Assembly (NCBI GenBank): GCA_934646835.1
Contig: CAKUES010000006.1
Coordinates: 32,533-96,532 of the forward strand
Length of the DNA: 64,000 bases
Direction of reading: 5' to 3'
Origin: an uncultured Coriobacteriales bacterium
GTDB taxonomy: Bacteria; Actinomycetota; Coriobacteriia; Coriobacteriales; QAMH01
The position numbers were made by a program, and so were the translations under genes. The notes beneath the pieces were generated by a model that was not told the DNA's origin, searched no databases, and worked only from the letters and a program-made list of their open reading frames with translations. Positions 52,221 through 62,693 of the stretch are shown here, piece after piece (position 1 is the stretch's first letter; the number at the start of each line of letters is the position of its first letter).

Positions 52221-54129
52221 CGACGCCTTGCCCTCCATCCGCGAGCAGCTCAAGAGCGTGCCCGAGGAACCCGGCTGCTACCTGTGGAAGGATGCTGCGG
52301 GCGAGGTCCTCTACGTCGGCAAGGCCATCAACCTGCGCTCGAGGATGAGCCAGTACGTGCTCGGCCAAGACGAGCGCGCAAAGATCCCGATGATGATGGA
52401 GCAGGTCGCCTCCTTCGACTACATCGTGGTCAACAACGAGACAGAAAGCCTCGTCCTCGAGAAAAACCTCATCCAACAGTATCATCCGCCCTTCAACGTC
52501 GACTTCCGCGACGACAAGAGCTATCCCTTCATCGCCATCACCAAGGGCGACGTCTACCCCGCGATCAAGTACACGCGCGAGAAGCACCGCCCGGGTACGC
52601 GCTACTTTGGGCCCTACACGGACAGCCGCGCCGCGCGCGACACCATCGAAGCCCTGCGTCGCGTCGTGCCCATCTGCCAGGCGAGCTGCGCGGAGTACAA
52701 GAAACTGTGCCGCAAGCTCAAGGCCGGCAAGCAGCCAAGCCCGGATGACAAGGCGTGCTTCGAGTACCACATCGGCAAAGGCGCCGGCCCGTGCTGCGCT
52801 GCCATCACGCCGGAGGACTACGCCGTGCACGTCAAGCGCGTCGAGCGCTTCTTGGCGGGCCATCGCGACGAGTTCGTCGACGAGCTCACCGAGGAGATGA
52901 AGCAGGCAGCCGCAGAGCTCGACTTCGAGCGCGCCGCCCGCGTGCGCGATCGCCTCGAGGCAATCAAGGCCCTGCAGGAGAAGCAGAAGGCCGTGCTCAG
53001 CCGCAGCCTCTCCCTGGACGTCATCGGGTTCTTCCGCGAGGAGACCATCAGCGCCGCGCACGTCTTCGTCGTGCGCGAGGGCCGCATCATCATCAGCAAC
53101 GACTTCATCCTCGACAAGGGCATGAACGTCTCCGACGATGAGCTGGCGATGCAGTTCCTCAACCGCTACTACCATGAGACCGAGGGCATCCCGCATGAGG
53201 TCGTGATTGCGGAGGAGCTCGACGCGGAGGACGTCGCGAGCATCGAGTCCTGGCTCACGCGCCGCCTGGCGAGCAAGCACGGCGCCAAGGTCGTCGTGAC
53301 CGTGCCGCAGCGCGGTGAGAAGCACGACCTGCTGCAGATGGCGCAGCTCAACGCCAAGCACGCTCTCATGCGCCACAAGGTCCGCACCCGCTATGACGAG
53401 GAGCGCATCGACCTCGCGCTGCTGCAGCTCGAAAGCGCGCTCGCTCTGCCGGCGCCGCCCATGCGCATCGAGTGCTTCGACATCTCGACGCTGCACGGTA
53501 ACTACAGCGTCGCGAGCATGGTTGTTTTCACGGGCGGCAGGCCGGACAAAAGCCAGTACCGCCGCTTCAAGATCCGCCAGGACTTTGGCGAGGCAAACGA
53601 CTTTGAGAGCATGAAGGAGGTGCTCGGTCGCCGTTACTGCGCCGAGCGCATGGCCGACGAGCGTTTTGGCTCAAAGCCCGACCTCCTCGTGGTCGATGGT
53701 GGCAAGCCCCAGCTCACCGCCGCCCTCGAGCAGCTCGCGAGCCTGGGCATCACGGACATCCCCGTGTGCGGCCTGGCCAAGAAGGACGAGGAGATCTTCG
53801 TGCCGTGGAGCGAGACGGGCCCGGTGGTGCTTCCCAGCGGCAGCCCCAGCCTCTACCTGATCAAGCACGTGCGCGACGAGAGCCACCGCTTTGCGATCAC
53901 CTTCCACCGCGAGCTGCGTGACAAGGGCATGGTGGCAAGCATCCTCGACGAGGTCCCCGGCCTGGGCCCCAAGCGCAAGAAGCTGCTGCTCAAGCACTTT
54001 GGCAGCGTGAAGCGCATGCGTCAGGCGAGCCTCGAGGACATCGCCGCCGTCGAGGGTATTCCCCAGCAGGTGGCAGAAGACGTCTACGCCCTCATCGTCG
54101 ACGCCAACGCGGAGACGCCCGAGGAGTAG
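52210..54129 (+). CDS. uvrC: Excinuclease ABC subunit C
   Basis: GIY-YIG N-terminus (GCYLWKDAAGEVLYVGKA), UVR domain (FERAARVRD), endonuclease V-like and HhH C-terminus. 639 aa. Confidence 0.95.
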   Translation: MSASDALPSIREQLKSVPEEPGCYLWKDAAGEVLYVGKAINLRSRMSQYVLGQDERAKIPMMMEQVASFDYIVVNNETESLVLEKNLIQQYHPPFNVDFRDDKSYPFIAITKGDVYPAIKYTREKHRPGTRYFGPYTDSRAARDTIEALRRVVPICQASCAEYKKLCRKLKAGKQPSPDDKACFEYHIGKGAGPCCAAITPEDYAVHVKRVERFLAGHRDEFVDELTEEMKQAAAELDFERAARVRDRLEAIKALQEKQKAVLSRSLSLDVIGFFREETISAAHVFVVREGRIIISNDFILDKGMNVSDDELAMQFLNRYYHETEGIPHEVVIAEELDAEDVASIESWLTRRLASKHGAKVVVTVPQRGEKHDLLQMAQLNAKHALMRHKVRTRYDEERIDLALLQLESALALPAPPMRIECFDISTLHGNYSVASMVVFTGGRPDKSQYRRFKIRQDFGEANDFESMKEVLGRRYCAERMADERFGSKPDLLVVDGGKPQLTAALEQLASLGITDIPVCGLAKKDEEIFVPWSETGPVVLPSGSPSLYLIKHVRDESHRFAITFHRELRDKGMVASILDEVPGLGPKRKKLLLKHFGSVKRMRQASLEDIAAVEGIPQQVAEDVYALIVDANAETPEE

Positions 54130-54135
54130 TTGCTC

Positions 54136-54244
54136 TAAGGAAACGCCGATAAGCACGAGGTTTAGGGGGAGGGACAGGGTCCCCTACGCAGCCAGCTTTT
54201 CTGCCAGTCGTGCGCAGTAGGTTCTCCCGTTAATCAGCGCCTCC
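54136..54244 (-). repeat. Family A element, reverse orientation
   Basis: TAAGGAAACGCCGATAAGCACGAGGTTTAGGGGGAGGGACAGGGTCCCCTACGCAGCCAGC...CCCGTTAATCAGCGCCTCC. Confidence 0.7.
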
Positions 54245-54338
54245 CCGGTCCTTCGAGCTGATGGCCGGTACTGCCTGGCGTCTCGTGTCACACCCTCGCG
54301 CTATACTTTCAGGTCAAACACGTAACGAGAGGAGCAAC

Positions 54339-55289
54339 ATGGACACCCAGGAAACCCTCGATGTTTCCACGGCTGCAGACGGTGGCAACCAGGCGACGCA
54401 AGACAACAACAGCGCGGGCCCGGACCTCGTCATCATCACCGGCATGTCCGGTGCCGGCCGCACGGAGGCCATGCACACCTTCGAGGACATCGGCTACTTC
54501 TGCATCGACAACCTGCCACCCAGCCTGCTCTCCAACCTCGTGAGCCTCGCGGGCCTCACCTCGGGCTCCCTACGCAAGCTCTGCATCGTGTGCGACCTGC
54601 GCGCCAAGGAGTTCTTTGGCGAGCTCACCGGCGAGCTGCTCAAGCTCGACGACAGCGGCCTGTCCCGCGCGCTCATCTTCCTCGACTGCAGCGACGACGT
54701 TTTGCTCTCGCGCTTCAAAGCCACGCGCCGCCGCCATCCGCTGTGCGACGCCGGCATGACGATCACCACCGGCATCCAGCGCGAGCGCAAGCTTTTGGCA
54801 GAGGCGCGCCGCATGGCGGACTACGTGCTCGACACCTCCCATGTGCGCCCGCAGGAGATGCGCCGCCGCATCCACGAGCTCTTCTCCGAGCAAAGCGAGC
54901 GCGAGGGCATGGGCGTCAACGTCTACAGCTTTGGCTTCAAGCACGGCGCTCCCACGGACGCTGACATCGTCATGGACGTGCGCTTCCTTCCCAACCCGTA
55001 CTACGTGGACGAGCTGCGCTCCAAGACCGGCAAGGACAAGGAGGTCCGCGACTACGTGATGGAGCGCGACGAGACCCGCGCCTTCCTCGACAAGTGGTTC
55101 GCGCTGCTCGACTGCGTCATGCCCGGTTACGTCAACGAGGGCAAGCAGTACCTCTCCATCGCCGTCGGCTGCACGGGCGGTCAGCACCGCAGCGTCGCCA
55201 TCGCAGAGGCCACCGGCCACTATCTCTCCCAGTCCGGCTACCACGTGGGCGTCTCGCATAGGGACCTTCCCCTCGCAGAGGGGGCGTAG
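54339..55289 (+). CDS. rapZ: RNase adapter protein RapZ (YvcJ)
   Basis: P-loop ITGMSGAGRT, CIDNLPP, GCTGGQHRSV. ATG 54339 has a GAGAGGAG RBS. Confidence 0.9.
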   Translation: MDTQETLDVSTAADGGNQATQDNNSAGPDLVIITGMSGAGRTEAMHTFEDIGYFCIDNLPPSLLSNLVSLAGLTSGSLRKLCIVCDLRAKEFFGELTGELLKLDDSGLSRALIFLDCSDDVLLSRFKATRRRHPLCDAGMTITTGIQRERKLLAEARRMADYVLDTSHVRPQEMRRRIHELFSEQSEREGMGVNVYSFGFKHGAPTDADIVMDVRFLPNPYYVDELRSKTGKDKEVRDYVMERDETRAFLDKWFALLDCVMPGYVNEGKQYLSIAVGCTGGQHRSVAIAEATGHYLSQSGYHVGVSHRDLPLAEGA

Positions 55290-55293
55290 AGAT

Positions 55294-56334
55294 ATGGCAG
55301 AGCGCATCAAGGCCGTCGTTATCGGCGGCGGAAGCGGGGCGCCTGTCTCGATCCGCACCTTGCTCGACATGGGCTGCAAGACCTCGAGCATCGTCGGCAT
55401 GATCGACGACGGCGGCTCGACGGGCATCCTGCGCGAGCGCGGTGGTGTCGTCCCGCCGGGAGACATCCGCAAATGCATCCTCGCCATGAGCGCTGACACG
55501 AAGTCCGCCTTCGCGCGCGCCTTCAGCCACCGCTTCTCCTACTTGGACGACCACTCGCTCGGCAACCTCATACTCATCGCCTTCGCAGAGGAGATGGGCT
55601 CCTTCCCTGATGCCATCCACATCTGCGAGTACATGCTTGACGCGCGCGGGCATGTGTACCCGTCTACGCTCGGCGACGTCAGCCTCACCGGCGTGACGGT
55701 CGACGGTCAGGAGCTCTCAGGCGAGCACAACATCGGCGATGCTCCCTGCCGCATACAGACGGTGACGCTGCACCCTGCCCATGTGCAGGCGCATCCGGCG
55801 GCGCTCAACCAGATCCGCGCGGCGGAGTTCATCGTGCTCGGCCCTGGCAGCCTGTTTACCTCGATCATCCCCAACCTCTTGGTTCCGGGCGTGCTCGAGA
55901 GCATCCGCAAGGCCAAGGCGCGCGAGGAAAACCCCGCCAAGACGGTCTTCGTGTGCTCGCTTGCAGACATGCAGGGCGAGACCTGGGGGATGAACTGCTA
56001 CGACTACGTCGAGGCCCTCATGCGCCATGGCATGGAGGGTCTGCTCGACTACGTCTTGATCCACAAAGATCACGGCGGGGAACCGGGCGTCACCGGGTTC
56101 TTCCCCGTGGTGCGCGATTACTCGGATTCCCGCTACCAGACGCGCGGCCGCCGCAGCGGCCAGGTGCGCCGCGTCGAGTGCAACGAGGAGCTCATCGCCA
56201 AGATCGAGGCACTGGGCGTGAAGACCATCGTGCGCGACATGGTCGACCTCGAGCGCCCCACCTGGCACGACCAAAGGGAGCTTGCCGCCGCGTTTAGAGA
56301 GGTGATGGACGAGTGTCATATACAGGAGAGGTAA
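55294..56334 (+). CDS. yvcK: YvcK/CofD-like gluconeogenesis-factor family protein
   Basis: VVIGGGSG, DDGGSTG, GPGSLFTSIIPNLLV motifs. Confidence 0.9.
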   Translation: MAERIKAVVIGGGSGAPVSIRTLLDMGCKTSSIVGMIDDGGSTGILRERGGVVPPGDIRKCILAMSADTKSAFARAFSHRFSYLDDHSLGNLILIAFAEEMGSFPDAIHICEYMLDARGHVYPSTLGDVSLTGVTVDGQELSGEHNIGDAPCRIQTVTLHPAHVQAHPAALNQIRAAEFIVLGPGSLFTSIIPNLLVPGVLESIRKAKAREENPAKTVFVCSLADMQGETWGMNCYDYVEALMRHGMEGLLDYVLIHKDHGGEPGVTGFFPVVRDYSDSRYQTRGRRSGQVRRVECNEELIAKIEALGVKTIVRDMVDLERPTWHDQRELAAAFREVMDECHIQER

Positions 56335-57233
56335 AAGACGAGCTCTCGCGCGTCGAGCTCTCCTGCAACGGCTGCGTCCATGCGGAGCTTGCCGCCTTGG
56401 TGAGGATCATGGGCTCGCTCGGCATCAGCGAGGGCAAGCCGCGCCTCGAGCTCACGACGGAGACCTCGACGGTGGCGCGTGCCATCATCAACCTGCTGCA
56501 CAGCGACAGCATCGACCTCAAGACGGAGCTCACCATCCGCCGCAGCGTGCTGCACAAGTCGCACAACTTCCTCATCATGGTGCCCTACCAGGCGGGCCTC
56601 ACGCAGGCTCTCAAGGACCTGGGCATCTTGGGTGACGACGGCTTTGAGAGCGGTATCCGCTATGGTCTCGTCGCCAAGGACTGTTGTGCGGCGAGCTATC
56701 TGCGCGGCGCCTTTCTGGCCGGTGGCTATGTGGCAGACCCGCGCGGGGATTTCCACTTCGAGCTTTCGACGACCAACTTCGCCATGGCCCAGGGCCTGGT
56801 CAAGATCATGGGGCGCTTTGGGATCAACGCCCGCTGCGTGCAGCGCCACAACACCCATGTGGTCTACCTCAAAGGCGCGGAGGACATCCTGCGCTTTCTG
56901 GCGCTCACCGGGGCGAACCAGTGCGCGCTCAAGCTCGAGGAGCACCGCCTGCTCAAGAGCGTGAGAAACGACACCAACCGCCGCGTCAACGCGGAGATCG
57001 CCAACGCCCGCAAGACCACGCGTGCGGCAGAGGAGCAGGTCGCCGCCATCCGCCGCCTCATCGAGAAGCGCGGCATCGAGGCCATCCCCACCTCGCTGCA
57101 GGAGGTCTGCGTCTTGCGCCTGCAGCACCCGGAGGCCTCGATCAAGGAGCTCGGCGAGTACGCGGACCCGCCGCTTTCCAAATCCGCGATCTACCACAGG
57201 ATCCGTCGCATCAACCAGATGCTCGAGGAGTGA
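56313..57233 (+). CDS. whiA: Sporulation/cell-division transcription regulator WhiA
   Basis: (M)SYTGEVKDEL N-terminus, LAGLIDADG-like core, C-terminal HTH (LSKSAIYHRIRRI). GTG start overlaps the yvcK 3' end. Confidence 0.9.
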   Translation: MSYTGEVKDELSRVELSCNGCVHAELAALVRIMGSLGISEGKPRLELTTETSTVARAIINLLHSDSIDLKTELTIRRSVLHKSHNFLIMVPYQAGLTQALKDLGILGDDGFESGIRYGLVAKDCCAASYLRGAFLAGGYVADPRGDFHFELSTTNFAMAQGLVKIMGRFGINARCVQRHNTHVVYLKGAEDILRFLALTGANQCALKLEEHRLLKSVRNDTNRRVNAEIANARKTTRAAEEQVAAIRRLIEKRGIEAIPTSLQEVCVLRLQHPEASIKELGEYADPPLSKSAIYHRIRRINQMLEE

Positions 57234-57301
57234 CGTTGTTGGTACGGCATCTCTTGCCAAGCGGCAAGGGCGTGCCGTCAAAGAAGCGCAAAGGAGTAGC
57301 T

Positions 57302-58567
57302 ATGAGTGCATCAGAGGTCATCCAGAAGTGCGAGGCCGCCAAGGCTGCGAGCGTGAAGCTCACCTCCGCAAGCGGCACGCAGAGAAACGACGCGCTGCTC
57401 GCCATGGCAGACGCCCTCGAGCGCCGTGCCGCAGAGGTTCTGGCTGCCAACAAGGTCGACATGGACGCCGCCAAGGCCGCGGGCACGCCGGCGCCGCTGC
57501 TCGACCGCCTGATGCTTGACGCGGGTCGTATCGAGGCCATCGCAGATGCCCTGCGCAAGCTCGCCAAGCTCGAAGACCCCCTGGGCGAGGTGCTCGAGGG
57601 CCGCACGCTCTACAACGGCATCCAGCTCACTCGACGCCGCGTCCCGCTCGGCGTCGTCGCCATGATCTACGAGGCTCGTCCCAACGTCACGGCAGATACC
57701 GCCGGTCTGTGCATCAAGACCGGTAACGCCTGCGTGCTGCGCGGTGGCAGCCTGGCGATCAACTCCTGCGTGACGATGGCAAACGTGCTCATCGACGCCG
57801 CGGAGGGCGCCGGCCTTCCCGCGGGCTGCATACAGGTCATCGAGTCGACGGACCGTGCGGCCACCAAGGAGCTTATGGAGGCCACGGGTCTGGTGGACGT
57901 GCTCATCCCGCGCGGCGGCGCCGGCCTCATCAAGGCCTGCGTCGAGGGCGCCAAGGTCCCCGTCATCGAGACGGGCGTGGGCAACTGCCATGTCTACCTG
58001 CACCGCACAGCCGATGTCGACAAGGCCGTCGCCATCGTCGTCAACGCCAAGACCCAGCGCCCCGGTGTCTGCAACGCGGCCGAGAGCCTGCTCGTGGACA
58101 TCGAGGCGGCGCCGGAGCTGCTGCCGCCCGTCCTCGAGGCGCTGGCAAGCAGGGGCGTGGTGCTGCATGCCGATGAGCAAGCGGCCACCATCGCCGCTGC
58201 CTGCGGCATCGAGACCGTGCCCGCGACCGAGGAGGACTGGGGTCGCGAGTACCTCGACCTCGAGATGAGCGTCAAGTGCGTGAGCGGCCTTGCAGAGGCC
58301 ATCGCCCACATCAATGCCTACGGCACCGGCCACTCCGAGTGCATCGTCGCCCAGGACATGGGCGCCATGCTGCGTTTCACCAACGAGGTCGACGCGGCGG
58401 CCGTCTACTGCAACGCGTCGACGCGCTTTACCGACGGCGGCGAGTTTGGGCTCGGCGCAGAGATCGGCATCTCCACCCAGAAGCTCCATGCCCGCGGCCC
58501 CATGGGCCTGCGCGAGCTTACCAGCAGCAAGTTCGTGCTCATCGGCGACGGCCAGGTGCGCGGGTAG
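57302..58567 (+). CDS. proA: Gamma-glutamyl phosphate reductase
   Basis: IYEARPNVT, catalytic-Cys region (RPGVCNAAESLLV), GTGHSE.I and YCNASTRFTDGGEFG motifs. ATG 57302. Confidence 0.93.
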   Translation: MSASEVIQKCEAAKAASVKLTSASGTQRNDALLAMADALERRAAEVLAANKVDMDAAKAAGTPAPLLDRLMLDAGRIEAIADALRKLAKLEDPLGEVLEGRTLYNGIQLTRRRVPLGVVAMIYEARPNVTADTAGLCIKTGNACVLRGGSLAINSCVTMANVLIDAAEGAGLPAGCIQVIESTDRAATKELMEATGLVDVLIPRGGAGLIKACVEGAKVPVIETGVGNCHVYLHRTADVDKAVAIVVNAKTQRPGVCNAAESLLVDIEAAPELLPPVLEALASRGVVLHADEQAATIAAACGIETVPATEEDWGREYLDLEMSVKCVSGLAEAIAHINAYGTGHSECIVAQDMGAMLRFTNEVDAAAVYCNASTRFTDGGEFGLGAEIGISTQKLHARGPMGLRELTSSKFVLIGDGQVRG

Positions 58568-59178
58568 TGGCGGCTGGCAGCAAGACGATAGCGGTGCTCG
58601 GCGGCACCTTCGACCCGCCGCATCTGGGGCATCTGGCGCTTGCGCGCGGTGTTGCAGACGCGCTCGGCCTTGCGCGCGTCTTCCTCGTGCCCACGGGCAA
58701 CCCGCACTTCAAGCTCGACGAGGACGTGACGCCTGTGGCCGCCCGTGTGGCAATGACGAGGCTGCTTGCCGCAGAGGACGATCGCCTCGCGGTCAGCGCC
58801 ATCGAGGCCGAGCGGCCGGGTGTGACCTACACCGTCGACACGCTCGAGGAGCTGCAGCGCCTGCACCCGGGCTCGCAGCTCGTCTTCATCGTCGGCGGGG
58901 ACTGCGCTGCGCATATCTGGCGTTGGCGCGCTGCTGACAAGCTCGCCAAGCTGTGCATCGTCGTCGCGGTGGCGCGCCCCGGGTACGACTTCTCTGCCGC
59001 CCAGCGCGACCTCGAGGCCAGCGGCTTGGGCTTTGACGTGCGCTATCTGCACCTTGACGTGCCGGATGTCTCCTCGACGCAAGTGCGCCAGCGCGTCGCG
59101 GCAGGGCAGCGGCTTGGCGGTCTCGTGCCTGCAAGCGTCGAGGCCTTCATCCGCGAGCACGGGCTGTATCGCGGTTAG
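58567..59178 (+). CDS. nadD: Nicotinate-nucleotide adenylyltransferase
   Basis: GGTFDPPHLGHL (HxGH) and SSTQVR (ISSTxxR) motifs. GTG start shares one nt with the proA stop (TAGTG). Confidence 0.88.
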   Translation: MAAGSKTIAVLGGTFDPPHLGHLALARGVADALGLARVFLVPTGNPHFKLDEDVTPVAARVAMTRLLAAEDDRLAVSAIEAERPGVTYTVDTLEELQRLHPGSQLVFIVGGDCAAHIWRWRAADKLAKLCIVVAVARPGYDFSAAQRDLEASGLGFDVRYLHLDVPDVSSTQVRQRVAAGQRLGGLVPASVEAFIREHGLYRG

Positions 59179-59275
59179 GGAAGTGCCCGATTAATGTACG
59201 GCATATGGGAAAGGACAGGGTCCTTCCCCTACGCAACCAATGGCAAACAAGAGACTCACTGCATCAATCGAAAGG
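59176..59275 (-). repeat. Family A element, reverse orientation, diverged; its first 3 nt are the nadD stop codon
   Basis: TAGGGAAGTGCCCGATTAATGTACGGCATATGGGAAAGGACAGGGTCCTTCCCCTACGCAACCAATGGC.... Confidence 0.65.
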
Positions 59276-59286
59276 ATTTGCACCAC

Positions 59287-59925
59287 ATGATCGAAGACAA
59301 GAAGCGCTTTAAGGAGTACGAGGCCGCGGTCGACGCGCGCCTGTCCGGCAAGCGCTTGAAGCACGTCCACTCCGTGAGCGACTACGCCGCGCAGGTGGCG
59401 CGTGCCTACGGCGTCAACGAGTATGACGCGCGCGTCGCCGGCCTGTTGCATGACTGGGACAAGCTCTACACGGACGAGGAGCTGCCCGCGCGCATGGAGG
59501 AGCTCGGGGTCGAGCCCCCGCAAGACGTGGAGCTCATGTGGCCCGTCATCCACTCCTTCACCGGCGCCAAGGCCGTCGAGCGTGAGTTCCCCGAGCTCGA
59601 GCCGCAGATCATCAGCGCCATCTGGAACCATACCCTCGGCGCGGTCGAGATGAGCGACTTGGACATGGTGATCTTCGTCGCGGACATGATCGAGCCGCTG
59701 CGCAAGTCCTACGGCCGCCCGTATGCAGCCGAGCTGCGCACCAAGGTAGGCGAGATCTCCCTCGACGAGCTTTACTTCGAGGCCTATAAGGAGACGATGA
59801 TCTCCCTATGCGAGCGCAAGCGCTACATCCACCCGCTGGCCTTCAACATCTGGAACGGGCTCGTCCTCAAGCACAACCCCAATCCCGGCAAGCGCGGGCA
59901 GGGCAACCCCAACGCCGTGCTGTAG
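59287..59925 (+). CDS. yqeK: HD-domain protein YqeK (bis(5'-nucleosyl)-tetraphosphatase family)
   Basis: RLKHVHSV...AGLLHDWDK HD motif. Lies downstream of nadD as in yqeJ-yqeK. ATG 59287. Confidence 0.8.
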   Translation: MIEDKKRFKEYEAAVDARLSGKRLKHVHSVSDYAAQVARAYGVNEYDARVAGLLHDWDKLYTDEELPARMEELGVEPPQDVELMWPVIHSFTGAKAVEREFPELEPQIISAIWNHTLGAVEMSDLDMVIFVADMIEPLRKSYGRPYAAELRTKVGEISLDELYFEAYKETMISLCERKRYIHPLAFNIWNGLVLKHNPNPGKRGQGNPNAVL

Positions 59926-60050
59926 GGTGCTCGCAGCAGCACCGACCACCTGTGGAAGTGCTGTGACCTTCCCCGCGGCTCGCCTATGCGCTACAATGCG
60001 CGTCCGCTAAAATAGCTTGATTGACGTTACATCTAGAGAAAGGGCCGCAC

Positions 60051-60464
60051 ATGGCCGTTGATTCCAAAGAATTCGCGATGGTCGCCGCACGCGCCATCGA
60101 CGACAAGAAGGGTTCCGACATCGTCATCCAGGACGTGTCCGAGCTTCTCAACGTGACCGACTACTTCGTCATCGCCACCGGTGCCAACAACCGCCGCGTC
60201 GACGCGATCGCGGAGGAGGTCGAGGAGAAGCTGCGCGAGACGTGCGACATCAAGCCCATCAGCCGCGAGGGCCTCGACGAGGCCGAGTGGGTCTTGCTCG
60301 ACTACGGCTCCATCGTCGTCCACATCTTCCAGCCTGCCGCCCGCGACTTCTACCGCCTCGAGCAGTTGTGGGAGAACGCGCCCACCGTCGACGTCGCGCT
60401 CGCAGGCATCGAGGACCCCGTCTACACGGAGCGCATCTCCAAGCTTCTCGGCCGTCAGGGCTAA
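60051..60464 (+). CDS. rsfS: Ribosome silencing factor RsfS
   Basis: KKGSDIVIQDVSELLNVTDYFVIATGANNRRV, WVLLDYGSIVVHIF, YRLEQLW motifs. Confidence 0.88.
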   Translation: MAVDSKEFAMVAARAIDDKKGSDIVIQDVSELLNVTDYFVIATGANNRRVDAIAEEVEEKLRETCDIKPISREGLDEAEWVLLDYGSIVVHIFQPAARDFYRLEQLWENAPTVDVALAGIEDPVYTERISKLLGRQG

Positions 60465-60470
60465 ATCACC

Positions 60471-61838
60471 ATGGGCCTGAGAACCACCATCGCGGGTATC
60501 GTGTGCAAGGGCAGCTACAAGCTCTTGCGCATGATGGGCCGTGGCGCGACGAGCCTTCCCGGCAAGCTCGCCCTCAAGGTCGATCCGCACTATCTCAAGA
60601 CGCTCTCGAGCGGCGTCAAGACCGTTGTGCTCACCGGCACCAACGGCAAGACCACGTCGACGCACATCGTCGCCCAAGCGCTCGAGAACGCTGGCCAGGA
60701 GGCCTTCTACAACCGTAGCGGCGCCAACCTCATCCAGGGCATCACGACGGAGTTCTCCACGAACTCCTCTGTCACAGGCAAACCGCGCTGCAAGTACGCC
60801 GTCATCGAGTGCGACGAGGGCGCGCTGCGCCGTGTCTGCGATGGGCTCGACCCGGACGTCGTGTTGGTCACCAACGTCTTTCGCGACCAGCTCGACCGCT
60901 ACGGCGAGGTCATGCACACGCGCGACAACATCTTGGCGGGCCTCAAGAACAGCACGCATGCCCACGTCCTGCTCAATGCGGACTGCTCCATCACGGCCAG
61001 CCTCGCGGATGAGATCGACAACGAGGTGAGCTTCTACGGCGTCGACTGCGAGATCTACCCTGAGCGCGTGGCGGACCTCTCCGATGCCACGCACTGCATC
61101 AAGTGCGGCGCCCCCTACGAGTACGACTACAGCACCTATGCCCACCTGGGCGGTTTTCGCTGTCCGTCGTGCGGCTACCATCGCCCGGACTGCGAGGTCG
61201 CCGTCGAGGAAATCGTCGAGCGCGGCACCAACGACTGCATGCTGCGCATGCGTGTAGGCGACGAGGTCTCCACGGTGCGCGCGGATGTTCCCGCGGACTA
61301 CGACATCTACAACTGCGCTGCCGCCGTCGCGGCGCTGACGGCCTTTGGCCTGCCGGTCAAGGACGCCTTTGGCGCAGTCGGCCACTTCAAGCACGGCTTT
61401 GGCCGCGGCGAGGTCTTCGAGCTGGGCGACGTCAAGGTGCGCCTCATGCTCATGAAGAATCCCGCCGGCTGCAACCAGATCATCAACCTGCTGCTCAACG
61501 AGCCGGACAAGGAGATGGGCCTGTGCGTCCTGCTCAACGACCAGGACTGCGACGGCACGGACGTGAGCTGGATCTACGACGCCAGCTGGGAGGCCATCGC
61601 CGCTAAGAAGGACGCCGCCGTCTTTGGCGGTGAGCGCGCGGAGGACATGGCCCTGCGCCTCAAGTACGCGGGCATGCCCGCTGCCGGCATCTCGATCGAG
61701 AAGGACTACGACAAGCTGATCGACAGGCTTGCCGCCGCCGGTCACGACACTACGGTGGTCGCCAACTACTCCTCGATGATGGAGTTTCGCAAGCACATCG
61801 CCGCGCGCTTGGGTCTCGCGGGCTTCTGGGAGGGATAG
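60471..61838 (+). CDS. murT: Lipid II isoglutaminyl synthase, Mur-ligase-like subunit MurT
   Basis: GTNGKTT P-loop, Cys4 ribbon (CIKCG...CPSCG), C-terminal DUF1727-like region. Followed by gatD. Confidence 0.85.
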   Translation: MGLRTTIAGIVCKGSYKLLRMMGRGATSLPGKLALKVDPHYLKTLSSGVKTVVLTGTNGKTTSTHIVAQALENAGQEAFYNRSGANLIQGITTEFSTNSSVTGKPRCKYAVIECDEGALRRVCDGLDPDVVLVTNVFRDQLDRYGEVMHTRDNILAGLKNSTHAHVLLNADCSITASLADEIDNEVSFYGVDCEIYPERVADLSDATHCIKCGAPYEYDYSTYAHLGGFRCPSCGYHRPDCEVAVEEIVERGTNDCMLRMRVGDEVSTVRADVPADYDIYNCAAAVAALTAFGLPVKDAFGAVGHFKHGFGRGEVFELGDVKVRLMLMKNPAGCNQIINLLLNEPDKEMGLCVLLNDQDCDGTDVSWIYDASWEAIAAKKDAAVFGGERAEDMALRLKYAGMPAAGISIEKDYDKLIDRLAAAGHDTTVVANYSSMMEFRKHIAARLGLAGFWEG

Positions 61839-61841
61839 TCG

Positions 61842-62591
61842 ATGACGCATGAACTGAAGATCTGCCATCTGTACCCGGATGTCCTCAACCTCTACGGCGA
61901 CCGCGGCAACACCATCACCTTGATCAAACGCTGCGAGTGGCGCGGCATCCAGGCCGCCGTCGACGGTTTTGGCGTGGGCGATGCGGTCGATTTTTCCGAG
62001 TACGACCTCTTCTTTATCGGCGGAGGCCAGGACTTCGACCAGGGTACCCTGCTCGACGACCTCTGGCGTGGGGGAGAGGACTCCAAGGCCAAGCAGCTCA
62101 CGCGCGCCATCGAGGCAGACGCCCCTGTGCTCGCCATCTGCGGCGGCTACCAGCTGTTGGGCGAGTACTACCTCACCCACACGGGCGACGAACACCGCTT
62201 CATCGGCGCGATCCCCTTCCACACCATCGGCGCCACGGAGCGCATGATCGGCAACCTGCTCTTCACGGCCGACGGCATCGCGGGTGCTCCGCAGGTGGTC
62301 GGCTTCGAGAACCACAGCGGTAAGACCTTCCTCGACGAGGGCCTCAAGCCCCTGGGCCATGTGGACAAGGGCTTTGGCAACAACGGCGAGGACGGCACGG
62401 AGGGCCTGCGCTACCGCAATGTCATGGGCACCTATAGCCACGGTCCCTTGTTGCCCAAGAACCCTGCCGTCGCCGACGAGCTCATCTGCCTTGCGCTCGA
62501 GCGCAAGTACGGAGCCGGAATCGAGCTTGCCGCGCTCGACGACAGCCTAGAGATGCGCGCCCACGACACTATGGCCGCGCGCTTGAAGTAG
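61842..62591 (+). CDS. gatD: Lipid II isoglutaminyl synthase, glutaminase subunit GatD (CobQ-type GATase)
   Basis: LYPDVLNLYGDRGN, nucleophile region AICGGYQLLG, MGTYSHGPLLPKNP. Confidence 0.85.
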   Translation: MTHELKICHLYPDVLNLYGDRGNTITLIKRCEWRGIQAAVDGFGVGDAVDFSEYDLFFIGGGQDFDQGTLLDDLWRGGEDSKAKQLTRAIEADAPVLAICGGYQLLGEYYLTHTGDEHRFIGAIPFHTIGATERMIGNLLFTADGIAGAPQVVGFENHSGKTFLDEGLKPLGHVDKGFGNNGEDGTEGLRYRNVMGTYSHGPLLPKNPAVADELICLALERKYGAGIELAALDDSLEMRAHDTMAARLK

Positions 62592-62693
62592 AAGCAAATT
62601 CAAGAGGGAATCCTTGCAGGGGTGGGACGTAAGTCTCGCCCCTGCCGCGTTACAATCGCTTCTATCGAAAATCCTTGTGAGAGAGGAAGCAGC

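Noticed and set aside
56684-57301. Long in-frame upstream extension of proA (track ORF starts at 56684)
   Set aside because: The extension overlaps whiA in another frame and is Arg/Pro/Gly-rich. ProA homology starts at MSASEVIQK (ATG 57302), which is preceded by AAAGGAG.
60033-62441. 802-aa minus-strand ORF antisense to rsfS, murT and gatD
   Set aside because: It spans three well-supported sense genes and their short intergenic gaps. It has typical GC-rich shadow-frame composition.
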